Positions 45,964-53,995 of a DNA stretch of 64,000 bases are shown in pieces. Each line of letters opens with the position of its first letter. Position 1 is the stretch's first letter. The DNA comes from an uncultured Candidatus Saccharibacteria bacterium (lineage in GTDB: Bacteria > Patescibacteriota > Minisyncoccia > Phycocordibacterales > UBA2100), in the NCBI GenBank assembly GCA_964633425.1, contig CAZWFX010000002.1:11373-75372 (forward strand), in the 5' to 3' direction. A model generated the notes under the pieces. The model ran no database searches. It was not told the DNA's origin and worked only from the letters and a program-made list of their open reading frames with translations. The translations under genes were made by a program, and so were the position numbers.

Positions 45964-46887
45964 TTAGTTTGTCGTTGTAAAGCTCCCCTGTCCAGACGTT
46001 GTGGTGTTGTTCGCAGCGTCCTTTGACTCAACAACGTAGTAGTACGTTGTGCTTGCCGAAAGACCGGTGAGAACAAACGAGTGTGCAGTCGAGAGTGTGG
46101 TCGTCGAGTTCGCAGTTGCACTCGCAAGCACGAGCGGGTTTACCGTTCCGAAGTACACCTTTCCGGCTGCATTCTCGTTCGTCGTCCACGTGACTGTGGC
46201 AGAAGTCGTGGCAACTGAACCGGAATTGATCGCAGAGATAATCGGCGCAACCGTGTCGGCTACCGGCGGCGTGGTTGTGCCGTGCTCATTTTCGTGACCC
46301 TTGCAGTCGTGATCTTTGTCCTGGTTTCCGCGACCCATCATCCAACCCAAATGTTTACCGTTGTTGTTGTCGCACGGACGATCATCATCATTATCGCCGT
46401 TATGTGGCTTTACCGGATGACCCATACCCGGCGTTGTCGATCCCATCATACCCGGAGTTGATGAGCCCATCATGCCGCCCATACCCATTCGGTGACCGAA
46501 GATCTCATTGAGCTTCCTCAGTGTTTTCGGGCCCACGTTGCCTGCCTGTTCAATACCGAACTTCTTCTGGAAACGCTTGATTGCCGCTGCAGTGCGCGGG
46601 CCGAACGTACCGGAGATTGTGCCCTCCGGATAGAGCGTCGGGTCGCTCGCAAGAAGCTGCTGGAGCATTCGGACGTTCTCGCCCCTGTCGCCTTGCTTAA
46701 GCGTCGTCAGTAACTGACCGATTGCAGCCTGCTTCTGCTGCTGTGCTGTCTGGATCTGTGCCTGCAGTGCCTTGATCTGATCAAGGAGCGTCTGCATGCT
46801 CGTGGTTGAAGTCTGAGCAGAGGCAAGCGCCGGCGTCATCAGACCCGCGATCATAAGGACCGCCGCTGCTTTCTTAAATGAATGCAT
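45964..46887 (-). CDS. secreted protein: signal peptide, coiled/Q-rich segment, PG_binding_1 domain, Met/His/Asp-rich linker, fibronectin-III-like domain
   Basis: MHSFKKAAAVLMIAGLMTPALASA; GENVRMLQQLL...GTFGPRTAAAIKRFQKKFG; HRMGMGGMMGSSTPGMMG...; TSATVTWTTNE...TTYYYVVES. Confidence 0.8.
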   Translation of the reverse strand: MHSFKKAAAVLMIAGLMTPALASAQTSTTSMQTLLDQIKALQAQIQTAQQQKQAAIGQLLTTLKQGDRGENVRMLQQLLASDPTLYPEGTISGTFGPRTAAAIKRFQKKFGIEQAGNVGPKTLRKLNEIFGHRMGMGGMMGSSTPGMMGSTTPGMGHPVKPHNGDNDDDRPCDNNNGKHLGWMMGRGNQDKDHDCKGHENEHGTTTPPVADTVAPIISAINSGSVATTSATVTWTTNENAAGKVYFGTVNPLVLASATANSTTTLSTAHSFVLTGLSASTTYYYVVESKDAANNTTTSGQGSFTTTN

Positions 46888-46974
46888 GATTTTTCTTCTT
46901 ATTTCTAAATAATGAGCGTGTCTGCCCGTATGACGTGCAGATGAACCCGCCCTTACCGTTTCGGTAGTATACAT

Positions 46975-47182
46975 CACAAAAACCGCCCCCCTTGGGGCGG
47001 TTTATGAGTCGGATTTCGGCTTAGGAATTCTGATTGAACGGCATGCACAGCTGAATGGACCTTCTGGCGCCTGGCTACCCCCCCCCGCTCTGTGACCAAC
47101 CGAGTTACTTAACCATGTGTGGTGTAAACCGTATGGCGACAGATTCGGCAGTATTCGCTGCACACATCGACGGAATCCGGAA
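46975..47182 (-). promoter_or_regulatory. structured 5' leader ending in an intrinsic terminator; candidate riboswitch (ydaO/c-di-AMP-like strings, unverified)
   Basis: Minus strand: stem AAACCGCCCC/GGGGCGGUUU (47003-46980) plus UUUUGUG lies about 90 nt upstream of ATG 46887. CGGAUUCCG (47179-47171) can pair with CGAAAUCCG (47018-47010), closing a ~150-nt domain. No credible ORF lies in 47006-47449. Confidence 0.4.
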
Positions 47183-47449
47183 AGCACTGTATTTTGATCT
47201 AGCCAGAAACCGTCGACACGGCACCAACCAGCGGCGAGGCACTGGCCATATTTACAAACCTACTATATCAGCCCGGATGCAACCGTCGCGACGATCAGGT
47301 AAAACTTATGCGAACTTTTCGACATAGGGCTACCGTAAGAAATAATGCTTGTACTATTTGCTTATGACTATGTAAGGTAACATTATTCCAGATATTGCGG
47401 CGCCCCCTGTCTTCATCCCGACCACCTTTACAAGCGTTACAATCACTAC

Positions 47450-48166
47450 ATGAACATGAAAATGATCGTCATTTCAGCCCTGTTCTTTAGCATCGCAGCG
47501 TTTGTAAACACGGCAAGCGCCGCTTCCTCTAGTTATTCAAGCGTACAGACCAGCGTCTCCGGCGGATCGAGTGCAAGCGCAGTCGTGAATACCGTTATCG
47601 GCGGCACTAATGCACAATCCGAGGTGTGGATCAACGGACAGCTTGTCGAAAGTAGCGTCTCATCACCCAACCCCGTGAATATCCCCGCTCCGGAGCCGCG
47701 CCCGTCCGCCCGCGAGAACACCAACCGCGCCCGCTCCATAGGTGGACACCCTGTATCTTCGGAAATTCGAGTACAGCAAAATATTCAGTCCGTAAACGGC
47801 TCAACAAGCGGCCAAGTGCATATATATCGCAAAGAAAACGGTCAGGTTGTCGAAGACCGGATTGTCCCGGTTCCTCCGGAGACATCAGGCAAGCCGTTCT
47901 TGTTCCGATCTTCCGCTTCGACAGGCACAGGAAACGCACGGTCAATTACACAATCAGTGCTCGCAAGCAGCTCAAAGGCTGTGTTGATCCGCAACCTCTC
48001 AAGTACAACAGGATTGCCGTGGCTCTTACATGTGCCGTTTTTTTCTCCGCGCGGGCTGGGCGTTATCGCCTCGACATCCATGAGCGACAATCTGTTTCTT
48101 TCCTACGGTGAGCCGGAGCCTCCGCTTCAGAATCTGATCGATAGAATCTTCAACATGTTCCGCTAG
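47450..48166 (+). CDS. secreted Ser-rich hypothetical protein (238 aa)
   Basis: Signal peptide MNMKMIVISALFFSIAAFVNTASA. The C-terminal amphipathic LIDRIFNMFR resembles the end of 53474..53968. Confidence 0.6.
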   Translation: MNMKMIVISALFFSIAAFVNTASAASSSYSSVQTSVSGGSSASAVVNTVIGGTNAQSEVWINGQLVESSVSSPNPVNIPAPEPRPSARENTNRARSIGGHPVSSEIRVQQNIQSVNGSTSGQVHIYRKENGQVVEDRIVPVPPETSGKPFLFRSSASTGTGNARSITQSVLASSSKAVLIRNLSSTTGLPWLLHVPFFSPRGLGVIASTSMSDNLFLSYGEPEPPLQNLIDRIFNMFR

Positions 48167-48203
48167 CCACAGGTGCACTCGGTACGCACTACTTTAGGTC
48201 CTG

Positions 48204-49403
48204 GTGCGAGGTATCATGTGTGCAATGATTCAGGTACAGGAATCCGTAACGGCTGCGCCGCCGAAAGGTATTCATTTGCGCACAAAGATATTTCTCGCGC
48301 TCGCGCTTTCGAGTACCATTCCGCTTACGCTCGCGATGCTCTTTGAGGCTGTGCTTACCAAAGATGCGGATTCGAGGGCTGTTTTTATGGAATTCATGGC
48401 CACGAATGTAGTTGTATACGGATACGAGCTCCACTTTTATCTTATTTTCGTGATCCTGGTATTTGCCGTCAGCATGGCAGCCGCCGGAGCCTACATGGAT
48501 TGGGCATTCGTGCACCCGATTCATAAAATCACTGCGTGGATCGAGACGACCCGTCAAACCGCCTTTGAAAAGGTGCCGGTGATGCCGGATCCTCATTCCC
48601 ATGACATCGCCATGCTCGGCCGCGCTATCGCAGCGTCACTTTCCTATTCCTCTGCCACGCGCTCGCAAAACGCGACGCTGGCGGGTAAAAAGGACGAGCT
48701 CGTGGTTATTGCAGCGCACCAGCTGCGCACACCGCTCACGGGTCTGCGTTGGGCTGTAAGCACGCTGTCGAATGCAGGGCTTTCTGAGCAGGACCGGACG
48801 GCACGAATCTCTGAAATTCAAGAAGCGGTATCCCGTATCGGACTCATCGTAGACAACATCGTCGCAAGCGCCGATATCGAAGAAGGAAAATTCGGTTACA
48901 CGTTTAGCGATCAGGATGTAATCGACATCATCAAAAAACAGATAGCGAATCTTGCCCTCCCGATAAAAGAGCGCGGCCTCAATGTGATTACCACGTTCCC
49001 GAAAGGTCCGTGTATTTCGTATATGGACGCGTATCGCATGTCGACCGCAATTTACAATCTGCTTGAGAACGCCGTCGAATACACACCGCAATCCGGTAAA
49101 ATCCAGGTGACGCTCTCTGATTCGGGTACGAACTACGAACTTACTATCGAAGACAGCGGCATCGGCATTTCCGACAACGATAAGCGAAATCTGTTCACCA
49201 AGTTCTTCCGCGGCGATGCCGCAAAGCACATGCGCCCCAACGGCTCCGGTCTCGGTCTTTACCTCGCGAAGCACGTGGCCGAGTCACACGGCGGCAAAAT
49301 CTGGATCGAGTCGTTTGAAGGCAAGGGCACCAAGGTGACGATCCCCGTTCCCTACGCCAAAGACAAGCAGCCGCCGGCTGCAGGTCTTACAAAGACTGTG
49401 TAA
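48204..49403 (+). CDS. sensor histidine kinase
   Basis: 2 TM segments, H-box AAHQLRTPLTGL, EDSGIGI, GSGLGLYLA. The start is ambiguous (GTG 48204 or ATG 48225). Confidence 0.85.
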   Translation: MRGIMCAMIQVQESVTAAPPKGIHLRTKIFLALALSSTIPLTLAMLFEAVLTKDADSRAVFMEFMATNVVVYGYELHFYLIFVILVFAVSMAAAGAYMDWAFVHPIHKITAWIETTRQTAFEKVPVMPDPHSHDIAMLGRAIAASLSYSSATRSQNATLAGKKDELVVIAAHQLRTPLTGLRWAVSTLSNAGLSEQDRTARISEIQEAVSRIGLIVDNIVASADIEEGKFGYTFSDQDVIDIIKKQIANLALPIKERGLNVITTFPKGPCISYMDAYRMSTAIYNLLENAVEYTPQSGKIQVTLSDSGTNYELTIEDSGIGISDNDKRNLFTKFFRGDAAKHMRPNGSGLGLYLAKHVAESHGGKIWIESFEGKGTKVTIPVPYAKDKQPPAAGLTKTV

Positions 49404-50529
49404 TTGCGCTTCCCGCTTCGGCTACGACCGCGTGGCTAAACATAGACACATTGGCGTACCAGAACAAACCGGCCATTGCGGCGAGCATAAGCCCCGCTGT
49501 TGCCGCACGCTTGCGGTGATGCCATTTAATTTCGAGGCCGGTATCCACCGCGAGCGCAAGCAGCACCAAAAGCGCAAGCAGGTAGTACGAATATTTGAGT
49601 GTGGTCGACGGCGAGGTTACGAGCACCTGCCAGTCATCGGACTGCCGCTTGATTGCGCCGATCGGCTGCTGAGCACTCTGCACCGCAACAGACGGTGTGA
49701 CCGACACGGCCTGTTCTGCATTCTGATCCGCCGGTTTCGCCGCAACGACCGGCTGTGCCTTCGGTTGCTGCTTCACAATCGGTTTCGCTTGCGTCACTTC
49801 TTTGTATTCAGTTTCTTCGGTAACCACGGGCGGCGTTTCTGTCTGTTCACCAAGAACGCCCGACGGGTTGGATGCGGTTGCGGGTTCGGTCGGATTGCTC
49901 GGGACCGTCGCGAATTCAGGTTGCGTCGGCTTGGGTGCGGGCGTCGCAGCCGCCACTTTGCGGGGCGTTCCGAACATTGTGACCACAAATACGGTCGAGC
50001 GACCCTGATAGATGCCGATTGCGGTTGCAATACCCACCTCGGTGTATTTACCGTTGAGGATGTTGTCGCGGTGCGACGGCGAATTCATCCACGCACGCTC
50101 CACGTCTGCCGAATCGGAAAAATCAACGGCCAGATTTTCACCCGCACTCTGGAAGTCGTATCCTGCTTCTTTGAACCAGTGCCACGAATCCAGACCTTCG
50201 GGTGATGTGTGTGCAAAATACGATTTGTTTGCCATGTCGTTTGCCTTGGCTTGTGCGGCTGCAACGAGTTTTTCATTTACGGTGAGCGTCCCGAGGTTGT
50301 ACGCAGCGCGATCGGTATTGGTAAGGTCGACGAGAACCGCATTAATGACCGACGCAAACTGGTTGGTCGCCATAAAGAAATTCTGGAGCGACGAAATCAG
50401 AAATACGCTGCCGATGACAAACGCAAAGCCGCCCGCCATTGCACCCTCCAAGAGGCGGGTCTGGTTTTTGCTCATTACCGGACGTGCCGCCCTTTTTTTA
50501 GGGGCGGTTTTTGCTGCCTTTTTGGCCAT
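49387..50529 (-). CDS. membrane-anchored CAP/SCP (PR-1-like) domain protein
   Basis: Basic N-tail, a TM helix, then a CAP domain (YFAHTSPEG, GENLA, WMNSPSHRDNIL), a Pro/Thr/Ala-rich linker and two C-terminal TM helices. Confidence 0.8.
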   Translation of the reverse strand: MAKKAAKTAPKKRAARPVMSKNQTRLLEGAMAGGFAFVIGSVFLISSLQNFFMATNQFASVINAVLVDLTNTDRAAYNLGTLTVNEKLVAAAQAKANDMANKSYFAHTSPEGLDSWHWFKEAGYDFQSAGENLAVDFSDSADVERAWMNSPSHRDNILNGKYTEVGIATAIGIYQGRSTVFVVTMFGTPRKVAAATPAPKPTQPEFATVPSNPTEPATASNPSGVLGEQTETPPVVTEETEYKEVTQAKPIVKQQPKAQPVVAAKPADQNAEQAVSVTPSVAVQSAQQPIGAIKRQSDDWQVLVTSPSTTLKYSYYLLALLVLLALAVDTGLEIKWHHRKRAATAGLMLAAMAGLFWYANVSMFSHAVVAEAGSAITQSL

Positions 50530-50585
50530 GGAGTCATTCTAACAACACAAAAGGCCCGTTTCAGGGCCCTTTGTGGACACGGTGC

Positions 50586-51986
50586 TTACCCACGGTACGG
50601 GACAAGCTTTGGCATCGGTAGATCGAGCGTTTCGCAGCTCATGAGATTTATCCAGCGCTGCGTAGTGAGGTATACGAATCCTGTCGGCGACGTGATGCCC
50701 CACGGCGCAAGGATCTGCTCCGCGTACTTCGTCTGGAACTGTTTGACCGCCGCATCGGTGCTCGGACCGAATTCACCGGTAAGCGGCAGGTTCGCCTGAA
50801 TATTCTCATTGAGGAACTGCTGCAATTTCTTTACCTGATCGAGATCATTTACCATATTTTCCTTGCGGAAGAATCCGGTGAGCATCGGCGTGCATCCTGC
50901 GGGAAGTTCAGGAAGCGTTGTAGAAGCGGCCGTCGTCGTCGATGCGCCGAGCACGAGGCCGTTAAAGTTGGTGATTGTACCAAAGAAAGGACCAGCGTCG
51001 CTAATCGGTCCGTTTGCCGGTTTTTTATCCTCTGCTCCCGATCCGGCTGCAGGTGAACCCAGTTGTGTGTATATAATCGCACAGTGCTTACTGACACCGT
51101 GTACGAGCGTGATCGTGCCATCTGCGGCACAATCCCCGCTAAATGAGATCACGTATCCTGGCAGCGGAAACGCGCTCACCGTATGAGGCCCCGCCGACAC
51201 AGTGGTTGTTGCGCCGGTCGTGCTTGCGCCGTCGAACAGCGCCGTGTCGGTTGTCGAGGCTACGACACCGTTGTTGCTAGCCACAATAAAGGATATGCCG
51301 AACTCCGGGTCTGACAGCGCCGTTACGGTAATGCTCACAGTCGCAGCTGCGCTCGTTGCAGTTCCGTCGAACACCTCCCACATAAACGTGTCAGATCCCA
51401 CGTATCCGGTCGTCGGCGTATACGTAAACGCGCCCGTCGCCGCATCGAGGGTAATAGTGCCATGGAGCGGGTCCGTGGTGGTCGCAAACACAAACGTGTT
51501 TGCGGCATCTATGTCGGTATACGTGAGCACGCTTGAACTTGCGCTATTTTCTACTGTTTCAATCGACTGGTTTATCGATACTGGTGCATCAGGTGTATTC
51601 GTAAAGCTAAGCGTGACTGTGGCAGGAGAGCTCGTGGCAAAGAGATCATCCGAAATGGTGTATGTAAACGTGACATCACCTGCGAAATCCGTATTCGTCG
51701 GAGTGAACGAAACGCTGCCGTCATTACCAAGCGAGAAAACCCCGGGGATACTCGGCGCATCGATCAAGGTAACCGCGGAAATCGAGACTGCACCGTCTGC
51801 GATTGTATCGTTGACTAGTACCCCGGGTGCTGATTGCGTAAGTGTCGATCCTTCAGTCCCGATGAACGTGTCATTTACCGCTTCGGTTGCAATCGCTGCA
51901 CCTGCAAACAGAGGAGTGAACGCATATACAGAGGCAATGAGTGCCGCAGTCAAAATAACCGCAGTGGATTTAGAGAGCACAGACAT
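50586..51986 (-). CDS. secreted protein with cadherin/Ig-like repeats, a Cys-pair beta-sandwich domain and a C-terminal PG_binding_1-like module
   Basis: Signal MSVLSKSTAVILTAALIASVYA. GAFTYTPTTGYVGSDTFMWEVFDG-type repeats. GDCAADG...HCAIIYTQ. The C-terminus VKKLQQFLN...TGEFGPSTDAAVKQFQ is shared with 60251..61690. Confidence 0.75.
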   Translation of the reverse strand: MSVLSKSTAVILTAALIASVYAFTPLFAGAAIATEAVNDTFIGTEGSTLTQSAPGVLVNDTIADGAVSISAVTLIDAPSIPGVFSLGNDGSVSFTPTNTDFAGDVTFTYTISDDLFATSSPATVTLSFTNTPDAPVSINQSIETVENSASSSVLTYTDIDAANTFVFATTTDPLHGTITLDAATGAFTYTPTTGYVGSDTFMWEVFDGTATSAAATVSITVTALSDPEFGISFIVASNNGVVASTTDTALFDGASTTGATTTVSAGPHTVSAFPLPGYVISFSGDCAADGTITLVHGVSKHCAIIYTQLGSPAAGSGAEDKKPANGPISDAGPFFGTITNFNGLVLGASTTTAASTTLPELPAGCTPMLTGFFRKENMVNDLDQVKKLQQFLNENIQANLPLTGEFGPSTDAAVKQFQTKYAEQILAPWGITSPTGFVYLTTQRWINLMSCETLDLPMPKLVPYRG

Positions 51987-52070
51987 GACGGCTAAGCGTA
52001 CCGTCTCACCACAAAATGGACAACACGTAAAACTGGTAACAACCTGTTGATATGGTGTGTACAACGCTGT

Positions 52071-53444
52071 TTACAGCGAGTCGACGCGCAGAACCGGTTC
52101 CGAGTGCTTTCCAGACGGATCAGTGTGCCCGGAACCAAGTGGTTCGCCTGCATTTACAAGTCCGTCGCGTACCTGCGTCCATGTACTTCCGGGATGTGCC
52201 GATAGGTAGAGCGCAGCTGCCCCAGCAACGTGGGGTGAGGCCATGCTCGTTCCGCTCATCGTTGTATATCCCCCGCCGAGCTTTGTGGAATAAATATTGA
52301 CTCCCGGCGCTCCGATGTCGATGGGTGCGCCGAAATTACTGAAACTTGCAAATGTGTCGTCTGCTCCGTATGTGGTACCCACACCCATTCCCCCACCTAC
52401 TCCGTCCGTGTCAGTAAGTGCTGAAACGGTTATAACCGCATCGGTATATGCTGCAGGCACAAATGTGGCCGAATTCTTGCCATCGTTCCCGGCCGCGACA
52501 ACCAATGTCACACCGGCATCACGTACACGACACACTGCCATGTGAAGAGCGTCATTATTGCTCTTTCCACAATTGTTATCGCTCACTCCACCACCACCGA
52601 GACTCATGTTGGCGACTGTAATTTGACCGCCGTTCGCTGGGCCGTTCGCCGCAACGGTATCGAGCCCACAGATAACGGACGACCATGAGCCATTTCCGTA
52701 TCGATCCAATACGCGTATCGCTGCGATACGTGCCTTTGGCGCAACCCCCACCACCCCCAGGGTATTGTCGATCGCGGCGATGGTTCCTGCCACATGTGTT
52801 CCATGCCCGTTCTCGTCCGAATACGCGGATGCGTTGACCGTTGTGCAATTTTTGCCTCCGTAGATGTTCGCCTTTAGATCAGGGTGGTTTATGTCGACGC
52901 CTGTATCAATAACAGCCACGATCTGTCCGTCGCCTTTGTTTGTTTTTCCTTCGCCACCTATTCGATCAATGCCAGCCGGAAGCACCTGAGTACTGGACGG
53001 TGGCGTTGGCGCAGGTGTGGGGGTTGGTGTGGGTTTCGGATTCCAGCGACGACTCTCTCGTGCTGTCATATCGACTGTGGCTGAACGGTCGGTTCGATCA
53101 GTTCGATCGCCTGTAAGCGTTACGATATGGTCTTCACTCACAAAGGCAACACGTTCATCTGCGCGCATCGTTGCAACGTCTGCATCGCTGAATCGACCCG
53201 AAAATCCACGAATGGCTGTGCGGTATGAATTGGTTCGCTCACCACGAGTTCTCGAGACGATGTCTTGTTCTGCCGCATCTGCATCAGAAACACCGTCTTT
53301 CAAAACCACAATAAATTGACCTGCAATAACATCACTCGGCGTACTGTCTGCAGATGCTGGGACCGCAAAAAAAGTATACGAAATAGTCAGTCCGACGACT
53401 AACGCACCGAGTGTAGAGAGGAGGTATCGATAGCGGAGCGTCAT
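52071..53444 (-). CDS. subtilisin-like serine protease (S8) with I9 propeptide
   Basis: Triad motifs VAVIDTGV, HGTHVAGTIAA, GTSMASPHVAGAAAL, plus a signal peptide. Confidence 0.9.
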   Translation of the reverse strand: MTLRYRYLLSTLGALVVGLTISYTFFAVPASADSTPSDVIAGQFIVVLKDGVSDADAAEQDIVSRTRGERTNSYRTAIRGFSGRFSDADVATMRADERVAFVSEDHIVTLTGDRTDRTDRSATVDMTARESRRWNPKPTPTPTPAPTPPSSTQVLPAGIDRIGGEGKTNKGDGQIVAVIDTGVDINHPDLKANIYGGKNCTTVNASAYSDENGHGTHVAGTIAAIDNTLGVVGVAPKARIAAIRVLDRYGNGSWSSVICGLDTVAANGPANGGQITVANMSLGGGGVSDNNCGKSNNDALHMAVCRVRDAGVTLVVAAGNDGKNSATFVPAAYTDAVITVSALTDTDGVGGGMGVGTTYGADDTFASFSNFGAPIDIGAPGVNIYSTKLGGGYTTMSGTSMASPHVAGAAALYLSAHPGSTWTQVRDGLVNAGEPLGSGHTDPSGKHSEPVLRVDSL

Positions 53445-53473
53445 AACACAATAAATAGTAGCACCAGCACGTA

Positions 53474-53968
53474 TTACCGTCGAGAAAACAGGGAAAAGAG
53501 TCGTTTTATAATGGAAACGAATGATTGTGGGGCCTGATTGAGCCACGCCATGACCGCGTCCTCCGAGCGCAAATCTTTCACACTGATTGTACTCGATGCC
53601 GGAGAGCTCGTGGCAAGTGTCTCGGCCGATGTATTCGAGACACTCGAGCGTGCCTTTGCAGACGACGTTGTCGCAGCGTGAACCACGGCAGCTCCGCCCT
53701 TTGGTATGTCGTAGTGGGTTTTCTCTACCGTTGGCACACCATTGCGGGTGTTTATGATTTGCACGTCAGCAGTTCCGCCCTGCTCATCTGTAATGAGCGT
53801 TGTCTGAATATGTACGGATGATTCCGACGATTCCGTTGCGACGGACTCTCCTTGACCCGCAGTAACTCCCCCACTGTGCGAACTCGCGCTCGTGTTAATC
53901 ACTACCGCACTACTGATTGCCGGCGCACATGCGCTGATCATCACCATGATAGCAATGATTTTTTTCAT
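53474..53968 (-). CDS. secreted Ser/Thr-rich hypothetical protein (164 aa)
   Basis: Signal peptide MKKIIAIMVMISACAPAISSA; C-terminal IIKRLFSLFSRR. Confidence 0.55.
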   Translation of the reverse strand: MKKIIAIMVMISACAPAISSAVVINTSASSHSGGVTAGQGESVATESSESSVHIQTTLITDEQGGTADVQIINTRNGVPTVEKTHYDIPKGGAAVVHAATTSSAKARSSVSNTSAETLATSSPASSTISVKDLRSEDAVMAWLNQAPQSFVSIIKRLFSLFSRR

Positions 53969-53995
53969 ATGTGCGTGCGGGCTATCCCGCTATTA

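Noticed and set aside
47055-47327. 90-aa plus ORF and 61-aa minus ORF (47002..47187) in the 560-nt spacer
   Set aside because: Both lack an SD and have implausible composition. The minus ORF runs into the terminator hairpin. The region is better explained as a structured non-coding leader.
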